From assembly GCF_004010195.1 (NCBI RefSeq), contig NW_025215353.1, forward strand, positions 67,213-108,154: a DNA stretch of 40,942 nt. The letters are read 5' to 3'. This DNA is from Chiloscyllium plagiosum. Taxonomy: Eukaryota. This document shows, piece after piece, positions 1-13,356 of the stretch (the first letter of the stretch is position 1; every line of letters starts with the position of its first letter). The notes under the pieces were generated by a model, which was given only the letters and a program-made list of their open reading frames with translations, ran no database searches and was not told the origin of the DNA. A program made the position numbers and the translations under genes.

Positions 1-702
1 CACGGAGCCAGAGAATATGTTGAACACATACTTCATATCGGCCTTAAGTCTGGAGAAGCAGTTACTGGATTCAGGGAGCGTGACCGTGTGAACCTTGAGC
101 ATAATGATACAGAAGCTGAGGAAGAATTGGAATTTTGTGTGGGATAAAGAGTGGGCAATCGCCACGATCTGGATGAACTGTATGTTAGGCTGATGTTGGA
201 GATGACGGAAGAGATGACAGGCTCTGATTTTTTTTTCCTTTTTGTTTTCCCTCTGCCCACAGAGAGGTGTGCAAGGACAGGGCAACATCTAATATAGGTT
301 CACCTTTCACACAGAGTTCCAAAAAAGACCACATAGGATTAAAGACCACCAAGTCTCACATTAGTGGGAGGGAAACATTGCAGAAAGTTCTGAAGGCTGT
401 TCCGGCTGTACCATTACATATCTTCAACTTTGAGCGAGGCAGATTATTAAACAAGAGTAATGGGGGAAAATGCAGGAAATTGGAATGGAAGATTATCAGA
501 TAAAAAATAACCGAATTGAAAGGAAAAGCAGACTCAGTGAGCTGATGGCATATTTTTGCTCCTCTGTCTTTGTCTTCTGCTAATTGTATGCAATAACCCC
601 ATATTCACTGGGACATCAAACTCTCCCTTTGGACTGAGGCACAGTTTGGAATGATCGACGAAATCAAGAAAGTTATGAATGCAGAACTCATGGACAGAAA
701 GC

Positions 703-926
703 ACCGCCATAGTCGTACCAGACCATAGGGGTTACTCTCATTAGAGAGAAGTGTCATTTCTTTGCGATTCAACCTAAGGGCCACCAGACGCCAGGCAAGG
801 GGCGAGGACGAGAAGGAAAGTCCTTCATGTTAACCTCAACCAGGTGATGGGAAATAGAACTCACACTATTGGCATCACACTATTCTGTAAAACAATGTTC
901 GAACCAACTGAGCTAAACTGATTCCC
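703..926 (-). mobile_element. Decayed tRNA-derived SINE
   Basis: Minus strand gggaatcagtttagctcagttgg (A box)...gagttctatttccc (B-box-like), ending ccctatggtctggtacgactatggcgg. Confidence 0.65.
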
Positions 927-934
927 ATCCATTC

Positions 935-1750
935 TCTAGGAACGATGTTGTTAAACTGGAAAGAGGGCAGAAGAAATTTACAAGAATATTGTCTGCACTC
1001 AAATGTCTGAGTTATCTGGAGAGGTTGGACAAGCGAGAGCATATTTTTCTTTAGAATTTAGGAGACTGGTTGGGGGTGGGGGAGAGTCTTACAGAAGTGT
1101 ACAAGATCAGGGGAGGCATGAATAGGGTGAAACCACTCAGTCCTTTTCCCACAGTTTGGTAAGCGAGAACTCGAGGGCATCTGTTTCAGATCAGAGGGGA
1201 CAGACTAAATTATTCACAGATGGTGTTACGCATGTGTAATGTTCTGCCAGCAGAAGAGAATCATGTTATTACTGATGTCATTACCAAGGTGTGCTCAGAA
1301 CTCTGGCTGCTCCCCATCCTCCCCTGAAGACTCGATCTAAGTCATCCCTGACCCTGGCACCCGGGAGGAAACATATCCTCCGAGTGTCTCGCTTGTTACA
1401 ACAGAATCTCCTGTCTGTTCCTTTTACCATTGAGAGTCCGAACACTATCGTTCTTCTATTCTGCCCCATTCTCTGTTGAGCTGCAGAGCTAGGCCCACTG
1501 TCAAAGAACTGGCCACTGTGGTTTTCCCCAGTCGTTTATCCAACCTAACAGTGCCGAAAGTATACTTATTATTAACAGAACGGCCAGGGTGATCCCTGCA
1601 CGGTCTGTCTTTTCCCTTCCCTCCCATGCCGTCACACACTTGCCTTTATCCTGTTATGTAAGAGTGATTGTCACCCGATAGCCATTGACTATCAGCCCCT
1701 CAGCTTACCGAATGATGTGATCTTCATCCAGCTCCAGTTCCCTAACGCAG
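935..1750. mobile_element. CR1 LINE fragments: 3' ORF2 piece (+, ~935-1260) and upstream-region piece (-, ~1270-1750)
   Basis: gatgttgttaaactggaaagagggcagaagaaatttacaag (DVVKLERGQKKFTR); minus ORF IVFGLSMVKGTDRRFCCNKRDTRRICFLPGARVRD is typical of the CR1 ORF1 esterase-like region. Confidence 0.75.
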
Positions 1751-1754
1751 TCTG

Positions 1755-3830
1755 TGAGCAGCTGGAGGAGATGCTGGAGGAGGCAACTGTGATAGGGATG
1801 GAAATACGCTGGAGGCGATGATTGATGTAGTGAGCAGTGTCAAAACTGGAGAAGTATAAATAAATAGGAAGTTGTGCAGCGACTGCAGAACAAAAATATG
1901 GGACGGTGTAGAGCTGGAAGACATTAGAGTTAGGAGTGAAAATATTTACCGAGATCAGGAGGGATGTAGTAGCTTGAGAGCTTTATAACGATAGGGAGGG
2001 GTGTAGGTATTAGATCTGCTTACAGAGATATGGAGAATTAAAGCGATGGCAGAGGCTGAAACAAAATGCATGTGTGAAGATGCTGGAGAAATCTACAGAG
2101 TTAGGAGGGCTGTATGTTCGAGAGGGGATTACAGTGATAAGGAGGAGTCTACTAAGTAGCTGGTGGAAGTTACAGAGATAAGGAAGGGAGTTGGTGCTTG
2201 TGAGTTGTGCGAGATAGGGAATTATGTAATTGCTGGTGCAGGTTATTAAATAGGAACGGCTCTCATTATCGATGAGTGTTGCAAAGATAAAGAGGAGTAA
2301 AGGGGCTAGAGGATGCTTCACCGACAGGATTATACCTCCAGAGAATTGTACACAGAATGGGAGGGTGATTCCTCCATACAGAGATAAGAAGGAACGTAGG
2401 AGCTGGAGGAGATTTCTAAGTTATTGAGCGATACATTCCGCACGAGGTTCTAGCGATAGGGAGGAATACAACAGCAGTTAGAGGTTCCGGTGAGAAGGAA
2501 AGTTTTCGGCTCACCATCAAGTTCCAGAGATAGAGACGGATGCCAGTTTTGGACGAGGTTACAGAAAAGGGAAGAAGTGTAGAAATTGACACTTGTGTGG
2601 AGGCTGCATGAGCTTATATGAACATAGAGGTATGTACCTGCTTGACGAGATTGCACAGAGGATAATGTTTGCCGGGGGCTGCAGAAGAATACAGAGATCA
2701 GAAGTTATGTATGGCATCCTGGAGGTTATGGAGATCGGTAGTAGTGTAGGAGCTGAAGGTCACAGAGAGCGTGTGGGATATATATGCTGTTGGTGGTTAC
2801 AGTGAAAGGAAGAGCTGTAATAGGTGATGGAGGTGACAGTGTTAAGAAGTAGGAAAGGGCTTCAGAGTGTCACAGAAATAGGGAAGTGTGCCTGGGATGG
2901 AGGATGCTACGAAGTTAGTGAAGGCTGTCGGCGCAGGAAGCGTTTCAGGAATAGTATAGATTGCAGATGCTGGAGGGTATTACAGAGATGAGGAAGGGAG
3001 CAGTGTCTGGAGGTGGCTACTGAGATATGAAAGTGTGTCGATTATTGAGGAGGAGACAGATCTGGAAGGAAGTATTTTCCGCACTATATTACAGAGACTG
3101 GTGCAGGATACAAAGATAGGGAACAGTGTAGCAGCTAGAGGAGCCTACAGAGATAGGAAGGGGTGACTTAGCTGGAGGTGGTTACAGAGACAGCGAGGGG
3201 TAGAGCAGCTGAAGGAGGTTTGAGATGGAGAGAAGTGTAGCGGCTGGAGAACGTTACGGAGATAGAGCAGGGTGTAGGGGCTGGAGGAGGCTGCAAAGAT
3301 CGGGAGAAGTGTAGAAGCTGGAGGAGATTTCAGAGAATGGTGAGTGTAGATACTGGAGCAAATTACATTCGTCGTCATGTTAATGAAGTTTTTGGAGATG
3401 TGGAGCGTCACTTAGATATAGATGGGCATAGCGGCTTGAGATAATGACATGGAAAGATATAGATGGACAGGTGGACAGCTTCAAAACGGAATTGTATGGT
3501 GACATCGTGAAGAGAAAAATGTCCATTTCTCTGGAATACGGACTTCGACATTTTTTTCTGCAGTCCAGCATTGGCAGGAACAGAAAATCGTGACACTGTG
3601 TAGTGTTCAATGCAGCTGAAGGAGATTTGAGATGGAGAGAAGTGTAGCGGCTGGAGAACGTTACGGAGATAGAGCAGGGTGTAGGGGCTGGAGGAGGCAG
3701 CAAAGATCGGGAGAAGTGAAGAAGCTGGAGGAGGTTTCAGAGAAAGGTGAGTGTAGATACTGGAGCAAATTACATTCGTCGGTATTTTGATGACGTTTTT
3801 GGAGATGTGGAGCGTCACTTAGATATAGAT
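1755..3830 (+). repeat. Degenerate purine-rich tandem repeat (~33-bp unit like gagatagggaggggtgtaggggctggaggaggttaca)
   Basis: Recurrent gctggagga / ttacagagata / gggagggg motifs throughout; similar tracts at ~17300-17520 and ~18380-18820. Confidence 0.75.
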
Positions 3831-4012
3831 GGACGTAGCGGCTTGAGATAATGACATGGACAGATATAGATGGACAGGTGGACAGCTTCAAAACGGAATT
3901 GTACGGTGACATCGTGAAGAAAAAAATGTCAATTTCTCTGGAATACGGACTTCGACATTTTTTCTGCAGTCCTGCATTGGCAGGAACATAAAACGTGACA
4001 CTGTGTAGTGTT
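3205..4012 (+). repeat. Tandem duplication, ~407-bp unit, two copies
   Basis: gcagctgaagga...gtgacactgtgtagtgtt at 3205-3611 and 3612-4012, highly similar. Confidence 0.92.
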
Positions 4013-4191
4013 TAATTGCAAGAGCCATAGTGTCAGTGTCAAACAGCACAGCAGACGCCCTTCGATTGACAGTAACAATTTCTTTCAAACAGCTCCGTCG
4101 GTCCTGCAAACTGCTCCTCCCTAACATCTTGGAGCTGTGGTCAGTGTTGGCAGTTATACAGCCTACTCAAGCAACAATGTGACACAATGAA

Positions 4192-4490
4192 TCCTCGTCG
4201 TGTCAGATGAAACACTGAAAAAGAAACCGCTTGCTCTCTCCACCCCCTCAGACCCATGGCGTCAGATCAAACACTGATACGGGAGCCTCCTACTGTTCCC
4301 CTCCCTCTTCCTCATGTTGTCACATGAATCACTAACATAGAAACCTCGTGCAGACTCCCCTCCCTCAACCTCATTGCATCAGATCAAACACCGACACGGA
4401 AACATCCTGCGAACTCCTCTTACTCAACCTCATGATGTCAGATGAAATATTGATACGGACCCCTCCTGCTGACTCCCCACCTCAGCTGAT
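4192..4490 (+). repeat. Degenerate ~59-bp minisatellite, 5 copies
   Basis: (g/a)tca(g/c)at(g/c)aa.ca.tga motif starts at ~4202, 4261, 4319, 4378 and 4437. Confidence 0.8.
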
Positions 4491-4827
4491 AGATCACTGA
4501 CCCTTCGCATTGAACAAAGCTTGGAGGAAGTAATAAGAGGAAAAAATGGAGAATTTCTATTGGATGCATCAATTCAGAACGACCAGTAAAAAGGGGTCAG
4601 CAGCAGCATTGCCGATCGAGATGGTCGGGTACAAAAGGACATAGCGGCGAGACTGGATCTGCACCAGGTGGGGAGGGAACAACTAAAAGAGAAACATTAC
4701 TGATCTCATCTTCACACATCTACCGGCTGCAGACACATTGATCTGTGACTATATTGTCAACAGTGAATAACGCATACAGTATTTTTCGAGACAAATGTCC
4801 ACTTTTCCATTTTCAGTACCCTCTCTA

Positions 4828-4828
<1 letters not shown>

Positions 4829-4876
<48 letters not shown>

Positions 4877-4893
4877 CAGGGAGAGAGAGAGAG
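4829..4893 (+). repeat. (GT)n(GA)n compound microsatellite
   Basis: Directly visible. Confidence 0.98.
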
Positions 4894-6180
4894 AGGCGAT
4901 CACTGTGTTGAATGGGACAGAATTCGAACAGATCTGGTAACTCAGCACTGGACAGTAGAGTTGAGTCAGACATTTCCAACGGCAGCAAAATTGTAGTCCA
5001 ACAGAATTGTCATTACCACTTCCTGCCTTAGGCTCCACCTTACCCTGACCATCAAGCCAGGGGTAAACAATGTGGAATACAGGAGGGCTTGTTAAGAGCA
5101 GAACCAGGTACACCTCAAAATGAGGTGAAGTTACCAAACAGGGTCACTTACTCACCGAACACTATAAGCTGCAAGTAATTGACACAGCTAACCAATGAAT
5201 CCGACTGACTTTCTGAAATTCTGTGACATACAGTCTGGGCGAGTAGTGGTAGATTATCAAACAACTTACTAGAGAAGGATGGACCTCAAATATCAATGGT
5301 AGAAGAGCCCAGGAACACAATGGAAAATATAAGGCTGAAACATTCACAGCAATGTTCAGGCAGAAGTGTCAATGCAATGTTCTGTTTTAGTCTCCTCAAT
5401 GTGTCAGTCTTCAGCTATTATGCTTCATGTTGTATGATATCCAAAAGCGGCTGGAGAATGCGAGGGCGTGGGCCTTGATAACATTCCATTCAAGCTGTTC
5501 CTACTGGGCTACAGCACCTGCATCTACTTGACAATGTGGAAACTGTCCGGGTGTGTCCTGTACGCACACAGACAAAATATCAGGTAATCAATGGCTGCCA
5601 CATTGGTCTCATTCCTATCATTAATAAAGTGATGAACAATGACATCTACAGCGGGATCAAGCAGCACTTCCTCAGCACCAACCTGCTCAGTGATGATCAG
5701 TTTGGGCTCTGCCAGAGCCACTTTGGTTTAATGATGGACAACAAGAAAACACACAACTGAACTCGAGTGGTGATCGAGAGTGACTGTACTTAACATCATC
5801 ATGACTGCATGTGACCAAGTACTGGATCAAATATTAATAGCAAAACTGGAGCAAATGGAAATCAGGTAATCCTCTGCTCTTGTTGAAGATATACCTGGTC
5901 TCTACACCGTAAAGTCACAATTGCTGAACTTTGCCAATGATGGGACAATGTTCAACACCATTCGTGATTACTGAGATATGCGCACTCTGCATACGTGTGC
6001 TTCAAAGTTACAAGTAACACTTTCATGACGCAAATACCTGACAAGGATCACCTCTAACAATATATAGTTGGACCAAAATCTACAACATTCAATGCCACGA
6101 TCACCACCCAACTCACAAACTACCAATAACCTAGGGATTACCGTCAAACAGAACTGGACTGCCCATACAGATTCATGACC

Positions 6181-6272
6181 CATTCCTGTGAATGGCTGAT
6201 GTCTGAAACGTCGACTTTCCTGTGCCTCGGATGCTGCCTGACATGCGGTGTTTTTTCAACGCCACATCTTTC
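6181..6272 (+). mobile_element. Decayed copy of the short PLE-derived repeat inserted in a LINE
   Basis: cattcctgtgaatggctgatgtctgaaacgtcgactttcctgtgcctcggatgctgcctgac aligns by eye to the reverse complement of 24851-24941. Confidence 0.7.
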
Positions 6273-6843
6273 AACCCATACAAATTCATTGGAGACAAAA
6301 GTATTTCAGGGACTGTGAATCCTGCAGAAATAACTAACCTCATGAATTCTGAATGTCTGTCCACCATCTATAAGATGCATTTTGAACATGTATAGAACAA
6401 AAAAAAAATCCACTGACACTCAGCTGTGTCAAATTTAGCAAGGCTCGTTACGAAGGACTACTAAAACTTGGACTTTAAGAAGAACAAGTGCCACAAACAC
6501 ATGGGAATATCACCATGTTGACATTCCATTCCAAGCCACCTTTCTTCCTGATTTAGGAATATATTGATATTCCTACACTGACACTTTTCCAAGTTCCCTT
6601 TCTAATGGCATTTTACATCCACCTACAGCACATGGACTGGAGTAGTTAAATAAGGCAGCTCAACAAAACATTCTCAAGGACAATAAGTTATAAAGAATGT
6701 GAACTGGGTCAATCAGATTCGTAAATCAATTAGAATGAAATATAACATCTGATCATGCCCAATACAAAACGCTGATGGGTTTTGTGAGTGCAAGCAGGCT
6801 GGGTCTAGTCCATAGCTTGTTTGTTGTGAACAGCTGATGGAAT

Positions 6844-7354
6844 GCTGTGGTTCTGTTCGCCGAGCTGGAAGTTTTTGATGCAAACGTTTCGTCCCCTGGC
6901 GAAGCGACATCATCCGTGCTTAGGAGCCTCCTGCGAAGCGCTTCTTTGATGTTTCCTCCGGTGTTTATAGTGGTCTGTCCCTGCCGCTTCCGGTTGTCAG
7001 TTTCAGCTCTGCGCTGTAGTGGTTGGTATATTGGGTCCAGGTCGATGTGTTTGTTGATGGAGTTTGTCATACCTAGAGGCATGGCATTCATCCACAAACT
7101 CCATCAACAAACACATCGACCTGGACCCAATATACCAACCACTACAGCGGACAGCTGAAACTGACAACCGGAAGCGGCAGGGACAGACCACTATAAACAC
7201 CGGGGGAAACATCAAAGAAGCGCTTCGCAGGAGGCTCCCAACCACTGATTATGTCGCCTAGCCAGGGGACAAAACGTTTGCAACAAAAACTTCCAGCTCG
7301 GCAGCAGTACCACAGCAACGAGTACCCAAGCTACAAATCTTCGCACAAACTTTG
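6844..7354. mobile_element. Penelope-like element 3' end in inverted (fold-back) arrangement with a 12-bp TSD
   Basis: Arms ~6844-7067 and 7094-~7315 are near-identical inverted repeats. The plus arm encodes YLEAWHSSTNSINKHIDLDPIY (C-terminus of a PLE GIY-YIG ORF). agctgatggaat flanks it at 6832-6843 and 7355-7366. Each arm has a degenerate hammerhead core. Confidence 0.85.
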
Positions 7355-7569
7355 AGCTGATGGAATATACTGTTGGAAACAGTCTTTCAGAATCACGGTC
7401 GACATACCTAGCATCACACCGACACTGACATTCACATTACCACTTTTCTGAGCTGGAGATAGACAAAAGCAATTGAAATTGTACTCATAACTAAATGCGA
7501 CATGCTTACACACACAGCAATAATGATGTCATGAAAATTATTAGATGTGAATATTCGGTGGGAGAGAGT

Positions 7570-7662
7570 GAGGGTTGCAAATTCTGGATATCAGAGTTAA
7601 AACTGCTGGTGCTGAAATAGCAGAGCCGGTCAGGCAGAATCTGACGAGCAGAAGAATCGATT
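7570..7662 (-). mobile_element. Decayed copy of the short PLE-derived repeat
   Basis: tgcaaattctggatatcagag...gtcaggcagaatctgacgagcagaagaatcga resembles 23775-23858. Confidence 0.55.
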
Positions 7663-8499
7663 ATTAACACACAATATTACTTCATGTAAAAAGAATTGTA
7701 TATTTTCAAAGACCTTTCACTTAATAATAACTTGTCCTTGGATGGGGTAAGGAGACTTATCATTTCAATTCTCCTTACTGTGATTTGAGCCCTACTTTCA
7801 TCGTATTGTTTTTGTAAATGTGAACTGAATAAATGGGTGGATTTTATGCTTTTTGGACAATCGAAATGTGGGTGTTATCAAAGGATGTTGGACCTTCAGT
7901 AAAGATACTTTGCTGCTCCTGGCTCGATCAATGCTGAAAACGTTTCCGTCGAAATTTCCAGCTGGATTTACACACATGGACGTTGGGCCGGGATTGTGCT
8001 GACAATCAATGTCGCTGCCCAATTTTGTTTGATACTGACGTTGTGGAGCTGACATGCACTGGATATGGGAGATGAGGGTTCCGATGTAAGGCGCGATGTG
8101 TTGCAGGAGTCCATCACCTTCAAAACACCGTAATTCTGGATCGGGTCCAAGGTACAGAATTACAAAGTTTAGGTGACACACCAGAAGAGAGAAACTTGGA
8201 TGACGTTCTTGTTGTCCATTGATTTTGAAACATGTTGAACTGCGTTTCGATCAACACAGAGCTCTGTGCTCTGGCATTGACCAGTCTGCCCCATACATTC
8301 CCAGTTGTTCAGGTATATCTGTAACTGGTCTGTTTTGAAGGATTGTGTGAATAACTGGTCAGTTCCCGTTTGGAAGGTCTGTGGACAGATTTTGGGGCTG
8401 ACCAGTATTTTGAACGTAGTGATGAGGCCAAGTAGCACTGAGTCTGAATCTGCCAGCTGCAGCTGCACCTTTCAATTTAATATATTGGTAAGTGTGGTC

Positions 8500-10800
8500 A
8501 CTGCACAGTCCTTATGGGGAGGAAGGTCCAAGACCCACCACCAACATATGTAGAAACCCGTGTGATGAATGGGACAGACTGTAGGCAGATCGAGTAACTA
8601 ACGAAGAGGGGGCCCTATGGTGCAGAGGGCCATCGCCCGCTGCAGAATCATACTCAGAATAACTCAAACAGTCTACAAGCTATCGGCCCAGCATACCTCC
8701 TACACCATAGTAACCATCAAGCGAGGGATCCACCCTGAATCAATGAAGGGTGCAGAAGTAACAGGTGGGACTCGCACCATCCAGATCTTGACGTGAGTGG
8801 ACAAATAGGAGGAGTTCTTATTGTCTTCAGCTATAAAAAAATACGAATTGCATGCGAAACAGCATCAGCAATAAGTGATGAACAGGGCTCAGTGATCGTT
8901 CAAACAGTGTTTGAGATTGAACTCTGTAGTTCTGCTGCATGTGGACATAAATGATAGTGGAAAATGAAAGAGACTGTTGGAGGTAGAGGCTCCTCTCCAA
9001 CAATGAAATCCCAAGTTATGCGATAGCGCAGCACATCATGGGAAAAAAAGAAATAGAACTGCTGCATTTGTAACAATCTTTAGCCAGAAGGGCTGAGCAG
9101 ATGATTCATTCCGGCCTCTTCCTGTCGACCCCAGCAGCAGAAACCCCAATTTTCAGACAATGAGATTCACTCCACACAATGTCAAAGAAAAAGGACTGGA
9201 GACACTGGAAGCTGTGATTTAACTCCAGAGATTCACAAATCTTCAACCAGGCTGTTCCATTCCAGGCGGAAAACTGGCATCTCCAAACAATGTGATAAAT
9301 GGCCCAAGTTTGTCCTGTAAACAAAAAGCAGACCACTTGCATTGCAGCCAGTCACTGAGCCATGGGTGTACGGTCTACCATGTAAATGTAAAGAAAGGTG
9401 CCAGCAATTATGTGATAAATCAGCAATAACGTGTTCAGTGGCATTCCGTTCGTGCTCCATTCGGCTCACTCAAACCCTGACACTATTTAAACATTAGTTC
9501 AAAAGGATGAAATTCCAAAGGAGCAGTGAATGCTACCCGTAACATCGTGACATCATATACCAGTGTGTGACAATATAAGTCTGAGGAAAATTACACTTAG
9601 TTGGAAACGGGGAATGTCATCCCCTGTTTGGAATTATTAACAGCAAAAAATTAATATTTTCAGTGTCTCTCATTCAAACTCCAGGACAGCTCTGCAGCCA
9701 TTCCTCAGGAAAGAGGCTGTTCGAGTCTCAAACATTTCCAGCTGCTGCAATGACCCTCTCTCCATCCGAAAGTCAAAAGTGGGAATGTTCATTGATTACA
9801 CCATTGCACAGATACTGAAATTGTCCATGTGTCACAAGTCCTGGAAAATATCCAGCTTTAATCTCATAAAAGACAAATAGTATTCAGAGAATACAATTGA
9901 GAGACAAATTCATAAATAACGAATCAAACTGTCCTTCCTTGATATTCAATTTGGTGCTCATTAGCATCCTGGGTTATATCACTGACATTGCTTTCAAGAG
10001 CGTGTCAGATAACACAGGACAAAACCTGTCCATTCGATTGCTTTCACTTCCACAAACATCCATTCCCTCCACCACTGATGCTCAGTACTTCAAGTACTGC
10101 AGTGACTTCAAGATGAACTGTACTTCGGCTTATTAGACAGCACCATATAAACCCTCGGTCTACAAGGACAAAGGCAGCAGGTCCAAGGGAAAATCACCCT
10201 TCTGCATGTTCCCTTTTTCTTAGGGTCAGATGTGATGAAGTTGGCTCATGATGTAACTATTCCCATATCCTCAGATTACGAAATCACTCCAGGTGCAACA
10301 AGACTTGGCCAAAAGCCAGGCTTGGGGTGGCAAATTGGAAGTAACATTTGAGCAAAACAAATATTAGATAATAAGTATTCTAAATCATGTCACCATCGCC
10401 ATTTGATATCCAAGCACAGTCACTTCGCTGAATCGATTAGCATGAACATTCTCAGGTTAATCCAAGATCACAAAGCTGATCTGGTTAGAATATCAGATCG
10501 GAAGTTAGGAAGCCTGCAGTGAGTAACTTTTCTTCTGTCTTAGGAAAGCCTGCCCACTATCTCTGAGTCTCAAGTCAGGAATATGATTGAAGGCTTTCCA
10601 TTTACCTGAATGAGGGCAGCTCCAGTAATAATCCAACATCTTGACACAGTCTGAGAATTAGCAGCCCAGTTAATCGGCTCGAATCCACAATCACTCCCTC
10701 TGTCCACCATGCACACTCAGAATCTGCTGTGAATACCATGGTACTCTTTCAACAGTATCTGCCATTCATCGTCACTGCTATCTGGAAAGAAAAACATTTT
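8500..10800 (+). mobile_element. Decayed LINE of the same family as 4100-6700
   Basis: Shared blocks such as gaatgggacaga, accatcaagc.aggg and tttagccagaag / ttcaggcagaag; many stops and indels. Confidence 0.6.
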
Positions 10801-10849
10801 GGGAAATGAGATCATATTTCAGTTGATCCTCACCTAAATATTGAAGGGA

Positions 10850-13296
10850 CAAAGCCAGACTAAGAGCTCGAGTATTAGTATGATCCAGTCTCATTTTATT
10901 AAGCTGAGAACAAACGTCATCCAGCTGAACAGGAAACAATAACAATTATATAAATCTGAATCAGAGCTGTGGCAGGTATTCTGATCGGAGATTAATGTGG
11001 CTCTGCGAAAGCGTGTCCCTTCAAGGCAAAAGTGTCAGGTTGCAAAATCCAGACATTCCTCGAAGTCTACAATCATTCAGGCACAAAATGTACGCTAATA
11101 GCTGTCAGTGGTATGAGGAGGGGTGAGATCCGAAAATAAATTATGAAGGCAACAGTGTTTGTGAAAGTATACTGGCCAGAGATATCAAGCGATATTTAGC
11201 AGTTTCTTTTCATTACAGTAAATCAAAATACGTAAAGGAAGGAACGTCAAAGGCAAACGATGGAAATCATATTTCGATGCAGAAGGTTTTTAGAGTTTCT
11301 GAATTTGAATTGAAGCTTAAAGTAACCTTAGTAATGTAGGCTATAGTGATAAATCTGGCAGACATGCCAGAGAAGCCCATCAGACACTTTTCGATGTTAC
11401 GGCATTTCGGAAATTAGGATCTCATCATCGGGACAGGATGGGACGACAACATATGGGAACCTGTGGGGACAAGGAGTATTACTAACTGAGTCAAAAAAGG
11501 AAAGAGGCACATCTGAGAGTTTTTAACTCAAGACATTTGGAGGCCTCGATAAACATGAAAATCAAGGGGAAAGAAAGATTATGAAAAGGAATTAGCAGAG
11601 CTAAAAGTCACCATTAAATTTCTTTGGAGAAAAGAAAATCCCAAACTTGTTTATCAAGTTTAAAAGGATAGCTAGGTAAAGAGTAGGTCCACTCAAGGAC
11701 AAAGGACGGAATTAATGCGTGGAGCTGGAGGAAGTGGGTGACGTCCTTAATGAATACATTGTATCGGTATTCAAAAAGGAGATGGATATGCTGGATAGTA
11801 AGTCTAGTGAAGAATATATTGATATTTTATAGCATTTCAATGTTTATAAGTGGTGGACGTGCAGTGTGATTTGAAAAGCAATTGGATTGGCAAGTCCCCA
11901 GGACATGTGGGGATCCATCCCAGATTACTGAGTGAAGAGAAGGAGCGAAATGCTGTGCTCTTGTGCACATTCTTTTTATGTTGTTCCGTCGCAGGAGAGC
12001 TCCCAGAGAACTGGAGAACAGCTGATGGTTATTTCCTATGTTGAAAAGTGCAACACGGACAATTCAAGAAATTTCAGCTCGGTGATACTTATGACACGTC
12101 GTAGGGAAATTAATGGCGATTCTGAGAGTTGGGAATGACTTACATAATGAAAACTATGGACTTGTTAACGAAATGCAACACGGCTTTGTGTGGGGAAGAT
12201 ATTGTCTCACAAACTTGATTGAATATTTTGCAAAAGTGGCAGATGTGATTGATAATGGCATGGGGAATCTTGGTGGTCATACAGAACTTTGATATGGTTC
12301 CTTACAGCAGGGTAATTCAGAACTTGAAGTCAAATGGGGTCAGCGGTCAGTCGGTAAGATGGATACAGAACTGTTGGTCATAGAAGAAAGAGGAGTAGTG
12401 GAAGGGTGTTTTTGTGACTCGAAACCTGTGAATAGATTGGGCAAGTTGAGGATGGTGAGGTTGATTGGCACAGAATGCAGCAGGTTATATGTTGGCTCTA
12501 GACTTTGGTGGAGAGAAAGTATATTTAATTTAATCTGGGCAATTGCGAGGCGACACAATTTAAATGGACTGCTGTAGAGAGAAGTATCCAGTAAATGGAA
12601 GAACTCTACGTTGCTTCAACATCCGAAGGCATCTAAGCATACAGTTCCTCAGTTCGCTGGAAGTACCAACAGATAAGTAGTGTGGTCAAGAATGCCTATC
12701 ACATGCTTGCGTACATCAATGAGAGCTAGAATATACAGTTTAGCATGTCACAGAGCAGCTGGATAGAACTTTGTTTAGTGCACATTTAGAATATTGATTT
12801 CTGTACTGGTTGCCAGATCAGCAAAATGTTGTCGAGGTGTTGGAGAGGGTTTGTAATACTTACACGAAGATTTTGTCTGGTTTATTGCATATTAGTTCTG
12901 AGGAGAAATTGGACAAATTTGATTTGTTTTCAATAGGATATCAGTGGCGAATGAACTATTTGACAGAGAATAAACAAAATTTTAAATGCATGGATAGTTG
13001 GAGAATTTCTCCCAAGGTGGATATATTAATTACTCGGTGTCATAGGTTTTACCTAAAAGGAGGAAAGTCTGAAGGGAATATGAGAAGCACGATTTTCTTT
13101 TCTGTTCCAGAACATGAAAGTGCATGGAATGAGATCATCGAAGAAGAAACAAAAACAACGTTTCAGAAATATCTTTACAGATGTATGAGTAGGCAGGGAA
13201 TAAAATGATATCGTAAATTTTATACCTTTCGACAGGCAGCATGTGTCCGTGCGGGATTGCTGGGCTGAAGGGCCTGTTTCTGTGCTGTACTGTTCG
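10850..13296 (+). mobile_element. Decayed CR1 LINE (ORF2 and 3' tail)
   Basis: KSPGHVGIHPRLL, GELPENWRTA, QHGFVWGRYCLTNLIEYF, VEVLERV; 3' tail gctgggctgaagggcctgtttctgtgctgtactgttc at ~13260-13295. Confidence 0.85.
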
Positions 13297-13356
13297 TTAA
13301 GGCAAGATATCAGCATGATGAAGGCCAATTGCTGACTGATTGATTACAAGTATCGA

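Larger units (their letters stand above)
4100..6700 (+). mobile_element. Decayed non-LTR retrotransposon (CR1/L2-clade LINE), endonuclease through RT to 3' end
   Basis: Fragmentary ORF2-like translations (HFLSTNLLSDDQFGLCQSH; NFANDGTMFNTI). Homologous by eye to 8500-10800 and 26460-27270. Interrupted by a microsatellite, a minisatellite and a PLE copy. Confidence 0.7.

Noticed and set aside
1..226. Open minus-strand frame (..NIQFIQIVAIAHSLSHTKFQ..YVFNIFSGS)
   Set aside because: Only a faint resemblance to the end of an L2 LINE ORF2; not enough to call a gene or an element.
4192..4490. CRISPR-like repeat/spacer periodicity
   Set aside because: The intervening segments resemble each other, the repeats are degenerate, the context is vertebrate and no cas genes are present.
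7798..8553. Overlapping 60-127 aa ORFs
   Set aside because: No recognisable motif or splice structure; left unassigned.
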